A DNA stretch of 64,000 nucleotides from an uncultured Gammaproteobacteria bacterium (GCA_963797555.1 CAWCPV010000007.1:384001-448000), one strand, 5' to 3'; shown: positions 1 through 11,612, counted from the stretch's first letter. Program-made: numbers and translations. Notes: generated from the letters alone by a model not told the origin.

Positions 1-3000
1 GATCCGCGTCCAGCCCGGCTCCATGCGTATCATGATGCGGTCGCCGAAGAAGACCGCTTGCCAGCGGATACGCTCCCCGGCGGCGGACGCCTGGAGCCCG
101 GCCGGGGACTCTTGGGGCCAGGTCGTTCCGTTCTCGGTGTCCTCGTAAAGAAGCTTTTCGGCCCCGTCGGATATGGTGAAGAGCGGTGTGCCGGCGAGCC
201 GCACCGTGTCATCGTCGTCGGCGAGGTAGGTGAACAGCCCCGCAAACATCTGGGCGTCGGCCGTGTAGCGCTGAGCGTGCACTCGATAGACGGCGGGCTT
301 GGGATAACGGTAGACCGGCACCAGCACCGGTCCAATGGTGACCATGACTCCCTGAGGGGCTGTTCGGAGTCCGCCGCGCGCACTCCGGAAGCGCACCTGA
401 TAAGGGAGCGTGTGGCGCCCTTGGGGCGGGTCGGCGGATGAGATTTCCACCTGGACTCGGGCGGTGGCTCCGGGCAGCAGGGGACCGAACGTCGGACGCC
501 CCGGGCTCACGCCAAGGCCTTTGGGGAGGTCGAACTGGAGCTCCCCGGATATCGGCTCGTCGAGGATGTTCTTGACAGTGAACACTACCGAGCGCCGGTC
601 GCGGGGGAACAGCCGGATGACTTCGGGCAGCGTCGCCACGGACAGGGCGGTGGCCGAAGCTGGCGTGTAGGCTGGATTCGGGGCGATGGGGTGCGCTCCC
701 GTACTCCAGGTATCCGTCCGCCTCCCTGAACGCCACCGGCTTCCCGTTGAGGGTGACCGGTCCCCGCGCGCCGGGGATGCGAAACGCGCTCCACCCGCCG
801 CGGGCGGCCACTCCGCCTTTGGGTCCGACCCGCAGGTAGCCGTAATTGCGAAACGCAAACACCGTACGGCTGTCCGCCGGCGCGGCGAGCACTTGCTCGG
901 TCCGGCTGTCCGGGCCGAGCGTGACCGCCGCATAGTCGGTGAAGGCTGCGGACTCGACGCGGGCGATCACCGCGGTGCGCGTCCTGGCCAGCTCGGAGAC
1001 CCCTGTGACCTTCGGGGCCGCCCCGTTTGCAAAGGGTTCGTGGGTGGCGACGAACACCGTGTCCGCAATCCCGCGGCGGCGCACGACCAGGGTGGGCATC
1101 TCCTGCGGGCCGTAGCCGTAGGCCACCAGAGTGCCCGGCTCTCCGGCCATGTGCACGCGCACAGCCGCCCTGTGCTCATACCATTGCGGACCGAAGTGCG
1201 TCTCGGACGGCCGCTTGCTGGCGGCGCGCCGCTTGCGGGCGCGGGCGCGCTCCTCGATGACGCGGCTGTCGTTCGTTTCCCGGTTGCGGACCGCGGCCTC
1301 GTCCAGCACGAAGTCCAGCGACCAGGCGGCGTCGGTCGCGAGGCTTCGCCGTTCTTTCACCTCCCAGTAACGGCTGCCGAGGGAGTCGGAAGCTCCGAAG
1401 CTGCGGGGCGTGACCGGCTGCGGCCGCCCGAAGCTGTGCAGGAGATAGTCGTACGTGTGGGGAACTCGGCTCGTCCCGCGGAACACGTCGAGCAGGTATT
1501 CGCTGGTCAGGAACAGCGCTCGGGTCTGGTCTACCCCTTCGAACACGCCGGAGGCGGAGGTCGCCAGGAACTTGACATGGGGAGAGAACTCGTGGCGGAT
1601 CGCGGTGGGGATCGCATCGCGGGTCTCCTGCTCGTCCACCATCATGGTGTTGTGAGCGATGGTGTTGCGGGTCCAGCCGATCGAGGGGTTCTCGTACTGC
1701 ACCGTGTTGTAGTCCGGGTACAGGAGGCGGCCCGCTCCGTGCAGCATGATGCTCAGCTTGTCGCGGTGGTCGTGCCCGTAGCCCTGCGTCATGAGCTGGA
1801 AGACCGCAATCGCCTTGCCGCTCGTCCAATAGGACGGCGCCTCGTCGGAGCGCAGCATCGCCAGGCCGTAGCTGGGCCAAACCTTGGAGGGAGCGGCCGG
1901 TAGCTCGACGCTCCCGGGCAGCGGCCGGTCCTCGACCACGTCGGGCTCGTAGTTCTGGACCAACTCCAGGAACGCTGCGTATCGCGGGTCGGCGGAGACG
2001 CCGTAGGCGGCGGCGAGCTCTTCGTGCATGTCGCGGCCCGGTCCTGCCGGGTTCACCAGAAACAGATCTCCCCTCGCGTCGGTCGCCGCGTCCCCATAGT
2101 TCGCTATCCGAATCTGGCCCTTGCCGTACCCCGTCTGCTCTATGGGGTAAGCGGTGTCGATGTAGTAATCCATGAGTCCCTTGGGACTTCCGCCGGCCGG
2201 TGTCTTGCGGTCGAACCAGTCCTTTCCGGTTACGAGCTTCAGGTAGCGAGACATGCGGATCATCAGCAAGAGATCCTGGTTCAGGATGGGGTAGGCCGGG
2301 GCTTCTGCCCAGGGACCACCGTCCTTGAGCATGACGTCCATGGCCGAGAAGTAACCCCCGATCGGCGAGCCGGGTTTGCGGAAAAAGCCCCACTCCAGCG
2401 CGTCCCGATCCTGAGTGACGAGTCCCGCTGCCGCCACCATCCAGGTCGGTTTGTAGACGAGGTTGGGGGTCTGCGTCCAGCGGTCCATGGAGCGCATTCG
2501 GAAACGCGCGGACGTCAGGATGCCGTTTTCGATTCGGCGGCGCTCATCCCTGGCGAGTCCCTGATAGATCCAGTCATAGGCGAGGAGGGGTTTGGCATTC
2601 AGGTGGTAGTAGACTTGCTGCATGTCATGCTGGCCACCCTTGAAAAAGTTCGGGTCGTTCAGGTGTTCTTGCACACGGAAGATATCCCCCCCCCGATCGG
2701 CGTACTCGAGAAGCCAGTCGCGGGCGGCCGGCAGGTAAGCCGGATCACCGGTCACGGCATAGAAAAAGGCCGACAAGAAAGGGTCGCCGTTTCGTGCCCG
2801 TTCCTTCGCCCGCTCATAGGCGGATTGCTCTGTACCGCCGGCAGCGATCAGCCCGCGAATCCGCGCCCGCTCCGGATCGGGCAGGAGGAATGGCCTTTCG
2901 TGCGCCGGCGCCAACGCCAGAACGCGGTCGACCGCGAGACCCGCGCGTTCGGTGCCCACCCAGCACAGGCCGCCCAGTGCCAGAAGGACCAGCCACGCAC

Positions 3001-3019
3001 GGACCGAGCGCCGCTGCAT
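1..3019 (-). CDS. Secreted heparinase II/III-like (polysaccharide lyase fold) protein; frameshift near 640; runs off the window edge
   Basis: Signal-like start MQRRSVRAWLVLLALGG at 3019; GYGHDHRDKLSIML and TIAHNTMMVD motifs typical of heparinase II/III C-terminal domains; protein-like reading continues in another frame (VATLPEVIRLFP...) to position 1. Confidence 0.75.
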
Positions 3020-3263
3020 CGGCTGCGGTGCTGCCTCACATCGTCGAACTTTGGGTCGGATACTCACTCGAGGGCACCTCTGAAGTTGCCTGCTGCGGGG
3101 GTGGGCCGCCTGCCTTGGGTAGCGAGGGTCTGGACCGAGGAGCACGGCAAGGACGACTTCCGCCATAACAAGCGCGTCGCGGCGCAGTACAGCCACAAAC
3201 CTCCGCCGCTGCCGCGGCACCGATGTGGCACCCGGACTGCCGCTGCCCGTTCCGCATCGGTCT

Positions 3264-4235
3264 TCAGTGTTGCGGCTCAACGCCCGGGTCGCGGCGTGCG
3301 GCTTCGAACCAGCCCGCTCTTCGCACGCCTTCCGCAAGCACGCGCCGCGCCTGCCAGTAGCGAATCCTGTGGCGCAGCCATGGCCCGATACCGGGTGGCC
3401 TCTGATACTTCTGAACGAGCTTCGCCACCTCGGCGTGTTGCGACGAATAACCCAGCCTGTGGCACAGTCGCAGCAGCTCACCGTGGTGCCTGTACTTCAT
3501 CCACGCCCGCCCGAGGGGACGCTCCTCCAGCGTCCTGCGCCAAACGGAGTTCTTCGGGACCCCGGCCATATCGATCCGCTCGTGGGGGCGGAGTCCCGTC
3601 AAGTCGATCAGCGCGCGGATGCCGGCATCACCGTCGAACAGGTCCTCAGCCCGAAGACGGATTGCCGGGACGGATGGAAACCGCTCTGCCACCTCGAAGC
3701 CCATCTCGAGGCGTTCCAAATGGTTGTAAAGAATCCGCTCGAAGATCCCCATTTCCGTCCACCGCTCCCGATAGGCCGTTAACCGGATGTTGGGGTCGAA
3801 CGGCGTCAGCTTGTTCCCGGACGGGTCGTCTTCCCACCGCGGTACGGAGCGCCACCAGGCGGGATCAGTCATGACGTAGGACGAGGCGACGAGGCTGACG
3901 GGATGCCGATAGAGGAGCAGCAGGCGGAGCTGCGATCCGAACTCCCGGACGAAGAGCGGTGCCAGATGGGACAGACTGTTGCCGAACAGCAGAATCGGCT
4001 TCTCGTTCGCGGTGCGAGCCACCTCCTCGAGCAACCAGGCGATGCGCGGATCTCGCGTTGCCTCACGCTGCGCCGACTCGTCGAAACAACGGAAGAGACG
4101 GCGAAGTCGGGCCTCGCGATGGGACAGCATTTCGTGCTCGCTGCGAACCTCCTTCCCGTAGAGAGACCCGAAGAGTCGCCAGAGAAACGTCGTTCCCGAC
4201 CGTCCCGAGGACAGTGTCAGAAGGATGGGATACAC
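3264..4235 (-). CDS. Sulfotransferase family protein
   Basis: N-terminal SSGRSGTT PAPS-binding loop; LYRHPVSLVAS 3'-PB-like motif. Confidence 0.7.
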   Translation of the reverse strand: MYPILLTLSSGRSGTTFLWRLFGSLYGKEVRSEHEMLSHREARLRRLFRCFDESAQREATRDPRIAWLLEEVARTANEKPILLFGNSLSHLAPLFVREFGSQLRLLLLYRHPVSLVASSYVMTDPAWWRSVPRWEDDPSGNKLTPFDPNIRLTAYRERWTEMGIFERILYNHLERLEMGFEVAERFPSVPAIRLRAEDLFDGDAGIRALIDLTGLRPHERIDMAGVPKNSVWRRTLEERPLGRAWMKYRHHGELLRLCHRLGYSSQHAEVAKLVQKYQRPPGIGPWLRHRIRYWQARRVLAEGVRRAGWFEAARRDPGVEPQH

Positions 4236-4369
4236 CGGCTATTCCGCCAGTCCGCAGTGAACGTATCTGCCGTAGCCCGTCAGAGCGACTTTTCGTGGCC
4301 AGCTCAGGTAGAGGCGTGCCCGGCTAGCGTCGCCGGGGCAACGATCTCGTGGAACAGGCGCCTGCTCCC

Positions 4370-5104
4370 TCATGGTCCTGAGCTGCCGTCGAATGCGGTA
4401 CTGTATCCGAAAGAGCGGAAATCCTCGTCATAAACGTCTGCGATGATCGCTCGTGACTCATCGCAGTAATAATGCGAGTAAGGCTGGTGGTGCGTAGCAT
4501 TTGTCCTGGGTATGTGAGTAGGTGGAAGCCCCAGAAGCGTCAGGAGCGTGGCGAAGTCTGCTTCCAGTGACTCGTAACGCCCGATGAAATCTACGTCGAT
4601 ACTGTCGAGCCATCTCGCTTGCGCATTGCACTGGCTCAGGCCGATGTCATTGTATAGCCCGATGGGCGCGAACTCGCCATCTCTGAGCTTCCGGCAAAAT
4701 GCCACGAAAGACAAGCCGGGGTCCAAGCGGGGCCTTTTCTTCAAGTAGTGGAACAAAGACACCGCCCGATCGTACGGGTTCCGTACAAAGCAGAACTTGA
4801 ATGCCGACTCGTGGTAGCTGCGGGAGACGTAACCAGCCTCCACGAGTTGCAGGTAGCTCATATGCCCGAACGTAACGGCTCCTTTCTGTGGGAAGCGATA
4901 TCTCACCAGATCCGTCGAGTTGAGCATCGGGCAGCTAAGCGCAGTCTGGATGCTGGTTCCCGCGGTCTTGGGGATCCAAAGAAAAACCGCATCGTTTGAT
5001 TTCCGGGCTTGCACGTAGTGCCTCAGCCAGGCAAGGCGCGAGCGATCGTGTAGGCCTGCGGCGACTTTGCGCGTGAGCTGCCTGACCTGGGAAAGCGATG
5101 ACAT
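4370..5104 (-). CDS. Sulfotransferase family 2 protein
   Basis: FLWIPKTAGTSI, FCFVRNPYDRAVS, DFIGRYESL and YDEDFRSFGY motifs; start reassigned to the ATG at 5104. Confidence 0.85.
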   Translation of the reverse strand: MSSLSQVRQLTRKVAAGLHDRSRLAWLRHYVQARKSNDAVFLWIPKTAGTSIQTALSCPMLNSTDLVRYRFPQKGAVTFGHMSYLQLVEAGYVSRSYHESAFKFCFVRNPYDRAVSLFHYLKKRPRLDPGLSFVAFCRKLRDGEFAPIGLYNDIGLSQCNAQARWLDSIDVDFIGRYESLEADFATLLTLLGLPPTHIPRTNATHHQPYSHYYCDESRAIIADVYDEDFRSFGYSTAFDGSSGP

Positions 5105-5201
5105 GACGGTGCGCGCGTATAGGCGAGGAATCCGGGAGACCTCGCGGCGGTGCCGTGCGAGGCTCAGGCGTCGATCGGCGCCTTGTGACGTGCTCGCCGG
5201 A

Positions 5202-6263
5202 TCAAGCCACCGGACTCGCCGGGGGTGGTGACTCGGCCGCCATGCCCGCCGGACTGAGCGGCGTCGGAGTTCGGCTCGGCTGCGAGTGCGCTCGTGATCG
5301 ATCCAGCCAACCCGACAGGATGCCGACCGTCTTCCAACCGATGGTGGCGGAGAGTCCCCGGTAGAGGCGGTAGTCCCATCCCTTGGCCCGCGGGCGCCCT
5401 GCCGCGTGGCGAGACCGCCCCAAGAGCGTCTTGGCCTCCGCAACCAGGCCCACCGCCGCGCATTGGCGGGCGAGCAGAAACAGCGTGCGGGCGAAACGCT
5501 GCATCTCGGGCGAGCCCGGGTCGATGCCGGCGCGCCGCGCGTGGTCGTGGATGAGCACATGTGCGCGGGCGCGGTCCCGCATCGCCGCGGGGTCTCGCCG
5601 CCAGGCGAGGCTGAGCCCCGGGCCGTCGTGCATCCTTATTTCGGCGATGAACGCGTCGCAGTGGTGCAGCCGGACGCCCTGGGCCGCAATGCGGCAGTCG
5701 TATTCCCAGTCCTCCGCTTGCCGCAGCGTGGTCCACGGCCCAGCCGCGTCGGTCACGCTTCGGCGGTAGAGGGGCACCAACGTGCTCCAGCACCGGTCCA
5801 GGAGGAAAGCGGGAAACATCGCGTCGATTCGTTCCCCGGTCCGCTTCCAAGGCTCGTCGCTGGGCCGCGCGCCCCGGCGGTAGTGCCGCGTCTTGCCGTA
5901 GGAGACCCCGCACCCGGGATTCGCCCGCAGCCCGGCCACCTGCAGCTCGAACTTGCACGGCAGCAGCAAATCGTCGCTGTCGAGGTACTGAATGAACTCG
6001 CCCCTGGCCCGGAGTCTCCCCGCCTCCCGGGCCGCGCCCGGACCGCCGTTCTCTCGGTGCACGAGGCGAATGATGTCGGGGTACCGTGCCGCCAGCTCCT
6101 CGGCCACCCGGCCCGTGTCATCGGTCGAGCCGTCGTCCACGATGATCAGCTCGATCGGGCGGTACGTCTGTCCGACCACGCTGGCCACGGCTTCCACCAG
6201 CATGTCGGGCCGGTTGTACACCGGAAGGACGGTGGAGACCAATCCCGCTGCTACGGTCGGCAC
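5202..6263 (-). CDS. Glycosyltransferase family 2
   Basis: VSTVLPVYN, IIVDDGSTD, YLDSDD, EDWEY; likely GTG start at 6263. Confidence 0.85.
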   Translation of the reverse strand: MPTVAAGLVSTVLPVYNRPDMLVEAVASVVGQTYRPIELIIVDDGSTDDTGRVAEELAARYPDIIRLVHRENGGPGAAREAGRLRARGEFIQYLDSDDLLLPCKFELQVAGLRANPGCGVSYGKTRHYRRGARPSDEPWKRTGERIDAMFPAFLLDRCWSTLVPLYRRSVTDAAGPWTTLRQAEDWEYDCRIAAQGVRLHHCDAFIAEIRMHDGPGLSLAWRRDPAAMRDRARAHVLIHDHARRAGIDPGSPEMQRFARTLFLLARQCAAVGLVAEAKTLLGRSRHAAGRPRAKGWDYRLYRGLSATIGWKTVGILSGWLDRSRAHSQPSRTPTPLSPAGMAAESPPPASPVA

Positions 6264-6312
6264 GGATGCGCGACCCCGCCGGCCAGCCAACGCCCGTGCA
6301 ACGGTTTTCCCA

Positions 6313-7119
6313 TCAGGCCGCGTAGACCACTTCGTTGCCGGCCAGGAACCTGAGGAAGGCGATGTCGGTGCCCTCGATGCGATGGATGGCGTGCCCTTCG
6401 CGCAAGAAGTCCCGAAGCCAGCTCCCCGTTCCGAAGTGCGTGGCGTCGTGCCATAGGACAGCACCGTCGCTGCGGTCGACGAGTTTCAGCGCCTCCCGGG
6501 TATCGTGGGCGACAACGTCGTAAGCGTGGCCTCCGTCGACGAAGATCACCTGGTAGGGAGCTTCCGCGCTGGCGTCGAACGTTCGCGAATCCCCGTACCA
6601 CTGGATGATCCGCTGCCTCTCGGGTTGAGCCAGAAACCGCTGGCCGCTCTTCACCTTCGTGCTGAGTCGGGCGTCCGGGCCGTGGAGGGCATCGGGATGG
6701 GCGGCGACATAGTCTTCCGGCAGGTTGAGCGTGTACAGCGCACCGGAGGCGGGCAGGTTGCACGCCATGGCGAGCGCCGACCTTCCGTCGTACGTGCCGA
6801 TCTCATAGACCTTGCGCGCTTTCGTAACGGACACCACGGCCGCCAGGACGAACAGCTCCAGGCATGAGCAGTTGTGCTGCCGCGGCGCGAGCGACTTCAA
6901 CGCGACCGCCGTACCGTCGTCGAAGTCTTCCGGGATCAGGGTGTCCAGCGGCACCGAAGGAATCGGGTGCCACGCAAGCCGCGCATATTCCAGGAAGCGG
7001 TGACGCCTCGCGGGGCTTGCCGCCATCCACAGCGGATAGGTCGTGGCGACCGCAGAGCCTCTGAGCCATGCTCCAGCGTGGAAAAGCAAGTCGCGACTCC
7101 AGTGCCGGCGCGAGCCCAT
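6313..7119 (-). CDS. Class I SAM-dependent methyltransferase (Methyltransf_24-like)
   Basis: VYEIGTYDGRSA, IFVDGGHAY, VLWHD motifs. Confidence 0.8.
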   Translation of the reverse strand: MGSRRHWSRDLLFHAGAWLRGSAVATTYPLWMAASPARRHRFLEYARLAWHPIPSVPLDTLIPEDFDDGTAVALKSLAPRQHNCSCLELFVLAAVVSVTKARKVYEIGTYDGRSALAMACNLPASGALYTLNLPEDYVAAHPDALHGPDARLSTKVKSGQRFLAQPERQRIIQWYGDSRTFDASAEAPYQVIFVDGGHAYDVVAHDTREALKLVDRSDGAVLWHDATHFGTGSWLRDFLREGHAIHRIEGTDIAFLRFLAGNEVVYAA

Positions 7120-7132
7120 CGACCCTCATCCC

Positions 7133-7962
7133 TCAACCCGCGCCCTCGGGCCGGCTCCCAAGGATGCGCTTCTTGCCGATGTAGGCGAGCGCGCCGTAAT
7201 GCATGTCCGGTTCGTGCATCTCTTCGCGGGGCACCAAGCGGTAAAAGACCCGGTCACAGACGCGGTCGAGCAGCGGCTCGACCTGCGGGTGGGAGAGCAC
7301 GAACGGATGGCCGGCGTTGAACGGAGTACCGTCGGCCGAGCTGGTCAGAATCCTGTCCGAAGACCAGGTATCCTCCGGGGGCCGTGATTCTCAGCGCCTC
7401 GTCGAGACATCGCCTGGCATCCTGGACGTGGTCCAGGACGTTGATGAGGATGGTCAGGTCGAAGTAGTCGCTCCGGTACGGGCATTCCTCGGCCGGATGG
7501 AAGTCCACGCTGACCCGTCCTTCCCGATGCGCTCTGCCAACCCAGGCCTGGCCGTACCGGATGTAGCTCGCCGCGAGGGGGTCGCTGCAGTGCATGTAGC
7601 GGATGTCCCGGTCCTCGCTAATCAGCCGGATGTTGCTGTAGGGGCCGCACCCGAGCTCGCAGGCGTTCTCGAACCTCGACGGCAGGTCCGCATAGTCGTT
7701 GAACTGCGCCTTCCACCAGTAGTTCCTGTCATCGAATGCCGGTTTCGTGGTGCGAGCGCGCAGCCCCAATACTACCAGGACGGGACGCAAGGCGCGCTTC
7801 CACAGGGGCGGGGGAATGTTCTGCCTGTCCCAAAAGGCCCGCTCCCAGTTCTGGGCCTCGATCCACCTCTGCTGCGAGACTGCCGGCGGGGATCTCGCCC
7901 ATGAGGGCGGAGCCAGGTTCGTCCTGCACGCCCGTTCTCTGCTGCTCCTGTAGTGGGGTCAT
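7133..7962 (-). CDS. Class I SAM-dependent methyltransferase, frameshifted
   Basis: ACELGCGP, FDLTILINVLDHVQD, PGGYLV; coding sequence split across frames near 7870 and 7340. Confidence 0.7.
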
Positions 7963-9275
7963 GGCGCGGCTTCTCCGTGACGCGTTCCAAGGGTCTGTGT
8001 GGCGTGGCCCGCAGTCGCTTGCCGTCGCCGGCGGATGACCGCGCGCAGCAGCGCTGCGATCTCGTCACCGATGCGGGCCCACGAGAACCTGGGATAGACC
8101 GACCGGGCGGCATTCTCCGACAGTCGTCTCAATTTCGCCGGGTCAGCCGCCAGGGCATGCACGGCCTGCGCGAGCGCGCGGGGCGCATCGGGGGGGACGA
8201 GCATGCCGCTCTCACCGTCCTCGACCAGAAAGGGGATGCCGCCGACGGCGGCGCCCACGACGGGTCGTCCGCAGACCCGCGCTTCGAGTACCACTCCCGG
8301 CAGCGGATCGCTGCGCGACGGGACACAAACAACGTCGGCCCATCGGTAGTGTTGCGCCAGCGCCTCGCGCGGCGCGGGACCGACAAACGCGACGTGGTCG
8401 TAAAGAGCGCTCCGCCCGACATCCGCCCGCAGAGCGGTCTCCAGGGGGCCGGAGCCGACGATGCGAAGCTCGATCCTCAGGCCGCGGCCCACCAGAATGC
8501 CCAGCGCTTCAATCAGCGTGTCGACCCCTTTCTCGGGAGCGAGGCGTCCGACGTACAGGAGTCGGAAGGCCGAATCTATACGGTCCCGTGTCGTCCCGGA
8601 GACTGGGACCTCGTCGGGGAGTCCGATGTCTGCCGGGTCGATCCCGTTCGGCACCACGTGCACGGCGTCCGGATTGGCCCCGCCGCGTTTTGCGCACTCT
8701 GCCATGTGCGGAGACAACGCGACGACCAAGCCGGCATGGCGGTAAGCGGGCGGGGTGACCCGACGATAGAACAGCGTCAAGCGCCTGTCATAGGTGCCGG
8801 GCGGGCGATCGAAGATGTCCCCGTGGGTCACCACGCCGTAGGGCACGCCGTGCCGCAGCCGGAGAGGGTTTGCGGCGAGCGCGGCGAGCGCATGGCTGTG
8901 GCAGAGGACGAACGCGACCGGGTCCCGCCGATGCAGCGCCGCCAGCCGGCGCCGTGCGGCGTAGGCGGACGCGAGCTGATTGGGGACGTGACAGAATCGC
9001 CGCAGGTAGTCGAAGCGGGGCGCCGTCACGGGCTCCAGCGCGACGCCGGGCAGTCCCTCGGCCGGCAGCGTCTCGGAGAGCAGGGTCACCCGGAAGGAGC
9101 GGCTGAGCTCGCGCGCCTGGCGCAGCGCCACGCTCGCGACGCTTCCCTGGGAGCCACATCCGGGGCACGCGATGACGACGTGATCGCGGTGCTCCCCCGA
9201 CCCGGGTTGGGCGGCGCTGCCCGCACTTCCTGCCTGGGGCCGGGTGCGGCTGACGGGCGATTCGGCTGGGATCAT
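7959..9275 (-). CDS. Glycosyltransferase family 4
   Basis: VVPNGID, YVGRLAPEKG, DPLPGVVLEA, GGIPFLV. Confidence 0.85.
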   Translation of the reverse strand: MIPAESPVSRTRPQAGSAGSAAQPGSGEHRDHVVIACPGCGSQGSVASVALRQARELSRSFRVTLLSETLPAEGLPGVALEPVTAPRFDYLRRFCHVPNQLASAYAARRRLAALHRRDPVAFVLCHSHALAALAANPLRLRHGVPYGVVTHGDIFDRPPGTYDRRLTLFYRRVTPPAYRHAGLVVALSPHMAECAKRGGANPDAVHVVPNGIDPADIGLPDEVPVSGTTRDRIDSAFRLLYVGRLAPEKGVDTLIEALGILVGRGLRIELRIVGSGPLETALRADVGRSALYDHVAFVGPAPREALAQHYRWADVVCVPSRSDPLPGVVLEARVCGRPVVGAAVGGIPFLVEDGESGMLVPPDAPRALAQAVHALAADPAKLRRLSENAARSVYPRFSWARIGDEIAALLRAVIRRRRQATAGHATQTLGTRHGEAAP

Positions 9276-9405
9276 GGGTCGTGAGCTGGCCGCGGCGGAT
9301 CAGCCGGGCCCAGCCATCGTGCTGTCGCACAGAGAGCGCCCCTCGGGGCTGCCCCACCCGAAGCACGAAGCCTCGCAGAGCGAAGCGCCTCGGCGGCTCC
9401 GCACT

Positions 9406-10341
9406 TCAGCGCTTCCTCGCGTCCGCGCCTCCGGCGGCCAAGAGCCGCGGGCTCTCCCGGCTCAGACGGTATGCCTGCCACAGGCCGCGCACTTCGCCCG
9501 TCAACTTCACGGGAATCCACCACGGATGCCGCAGGTGATAGCGGGTACGGATCGAGCGCAACAACCTTCCCAGAACATAAGCCATTCTCTCGCTGCCGGC
9601 ACTCTCCCGAAACGCGAAATAATAGTCGCCCACGCTGTGGGCCGGACTGCCGCTCCGCAGGTGGCCTCCCCAGGCACGGATGCCCCCGCGGGCCGCCTGC
9701 AGGTGGCGCACTGAAGCGGCTGGATCGAAGAACACTTTCCCTCCCAGGCGGATGAGCCTCCGGCAAAACTCGGTCTCGAAGCGATAGGCCACCCCGAGGA
9801 AGCTCTCATCGAAGCCACCCGCTTGTAGTGCGCGATCTGTCCGTACCGACAGGTTCCCCGCCATGCAGTTGAATACCTGCCGACGGAGGTCCCCGTTGAA
9901 CGGGAACTCCAGGTCGCGCCAGATTCCCCGGCGCGTTCCACCGTCGGCGCCTTGCAGCGGCGACTGGCCGGGTTGCAGAATCTGACCTACGACGGCCCAG
10001 GTATCAGCGTCGGCATAGTTGCGAGCATGCTCGCCGAGCATGCCCGGTCCGGGCACGATGTCGTCGTCGACGAAGAGCACGATGGGCGCTTTGGCTTCGC
10101 CCAGCCCGTGGTTCATCGCCTGCGGGACCGAGGGTACGGTGCGCCGGAGCCATCGCACGGTGCCTTGGCGTTCCCAGGCCTCGAGCTGTGCAGCGACTTC
10201 GGGCTCTGGCTGCGCTGTCTGGTCGGCGAGGATGATCTCGACCGGACGGGGCTCCTGCGCAAGCAGCAGGCGCACCGTGTCCACGAGCACCGGACCCCGC
10301 TCGTAGGTGGGGATGACGACAGAGACCGGGCTCTGCGTCAT
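9406..10341 (-). CDS. Glycosyltransferase family 2
   Basis: VSVVIPTYER, LFVDDDI, AGGFDESF; start at ATG 10341. Confidence 0.85.
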   Translation of the reverse strand: MTQSPVSVVIPTYERGPVLVDTVRLLLAQEPRPVEIILADQTAQPEPEVAAQLEAWERQGTVRWLRRTVPSVPQAMNHGLGEAKAPIVLFVDDDIVPGPGMLGEHARNYADADTWAVVGQILQPGQSPLQGADGGTRRGIWRDLEFPFNGDLRRQVFNCMAGNLSVRTDRALQAGGFDESFLGVAYRFETEFCRRLIRLGGKVFFDPAASVRHLQAARGGIRAWGGHLRSGSPAHSVGDYYFAFRESAGSERMAYVLGRLLRSIRTRYHLRHPWWIPVKLTGEVRGLWQAYRLSRESPRLLAAGGADARKR

Positions 10342-10479
10342 GCCCCGCTCAGCCGAATGCCGGTCAAACCAGCCGCCGCAGGGCGCCGTGGGGTACCTTG
10401 CGCAGCCGTCTCGGCCGCGTACGACGGAGATGACGGCCGACACGGACCGCCCATCGGCCGTTTATCCGTGTCCTGCGGC

Positions 10480-11520
10480 TCACGGTTCGGAACCCGTGCC
10501 TGCCTCCTGCCCCGGGAAAGCCCGGCCTCGAACTTGATCGAGCCACCGCAGGGTCTGCGAAACGGACTGCCGCAGTGCGCCCTCGGCCCGGATGCCGAGG
10601 GGGGGACGCTCCACCCCCGATATGGCTCGGACGATCGCATCCCGCTGTCGGGGCTCGAAAAGTACGGCGAGCGCCGACCGTTCGAATCCCCACAGCCGAA
10701 AATTTCTCCAGAACCGAAACCAGGCTTTGCGCAGGCGCGGACTCAGCTTGCCCGCGGCGGCCTGGCGAGCGAGCGACAGGAGATGCACGAGCACGTTCTC
10801 AACTCGCAGACGGCCGTCCGTCCTGAAACTGTCGCTCACCGAGCCGGTGCGGTGCCGATAATACACCCCCACATAGGGCAGGTGATGAATCGGGCCCCCG
10901 CGCTCGAGAATCCGGAGAATCAGGTCCGTGTCTGCGGCGCACCCCCATGTCTCGTCCCAGCCGCCGATTGCGAGAAGATCGGCGCGGCGGTGCATCTGGG
11001 CATTCGAGTGCCAGAGTTGGATGTCTTCGAAGCACATCTCGTACCATTGCTGGGCGGGCCTCGCGTGTGGCTGAAGCGGGTCCAGGTGGTGCCGGTAAAA
11101 CGCGAGATCTCCTCGGTAGCACGAAACGGGCTCCAGGGACTCGTCGCAGCTTAGAGTGCGGCAGTACGCGACCCGGTTTCCGGGATTGGCTTCGAGGTGG
11201 CCGACGAGTTCCTCGAGCATTCGCGGGCGCAGCGCGTCGTCGCAGTCCAACTTGACGACATATGCTCCGCGCGCCAACGCGAGCGCACGGTTCCAGTTAG
11301 CGGTCATCCCGAGATTGGTCTCGGTCCTCGATACGCGGAATCGGGGGTCTCGCGAAGACCATTCTGCCGCAATGCGCGAGGAGTCATCCGTGCTCGCGTC
11401 GTCGGCGATGATCGCCTCGTAGTCGACAAAGGTCTGGTGTCCGATGGATGTCAGAGCCTGCGACAGGAAGGGCTCGCCATTGAATACCGGGACCAGGACG
11501 GAAACGGCGGGTTCAGCCAT
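10480..11520 (-). CDS. Glycosyltransferase family 2
   Basis: VSVLVPVFNGE, IADDASTD, KLDCDD. Confidence 0.85.
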   Translation of the reverse strand: MAEPAVSVLVPVFNGEPFLSQALTSIGHQTFVDYEAIIADDASTDDSSRIAAEWSSRDPRFRVSRTETNLGMTANWNRALALARGAYVVKLDCDDALRPRMLEELVGHLEANPGNRVAYCRTLSCDESLEPVSCYRGDLAFYRHHLDPLQPHARPAQQWYEMCFEDIQLWHSNAQMHRRADLLAIGGWDETWGCAADTDLILRILERGGPIHHLPYVGVYYRHRTGSVSDSFRTDGRLRVENVLVHLLSLARQAAAGKLSPRLRKAWFRFWRNFRLWGFERSALAVLFEPRQRDAIVRAISGVERPPLGIRAEGALRQSVSQTLRWLDQVRGRAFPGQEAGTGSEP

Positions 11521-11593
11521 TCAGCGATTACCGCGCCCTGAAGCGGCCATGCTGCGGGCTGGCGCAGAAAGCCCACGAGGTTGTTCTCGACAC

Positions 11594-11604
11594 GCGCTAC
11601 CGCT
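11594..11604 (-). promoter_or_regulatory. Possible internal ops-like site (AGCGGTAGCGC)
   Basis: GCGGTAGC core on the coding strand, in the gap between two GT genes of an RfaH-associated operon. Confidence 0.35.
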
Positions 11605-11612
11605 GATAGCTG

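Noticed and set aside
3020-3481. N-terminal part of the 1090-aa ORF
   Set aside because: It overlaps the sulfotransferase out of frame; the signal-peptide-like start at 3019 is more plausible
686-3874. Long plus-strand ORFs opposite the minus-strand genes (here and throughout)
   Set aside because: Shadow ORFs typical of high-GC DNA, with no recognisable motifs
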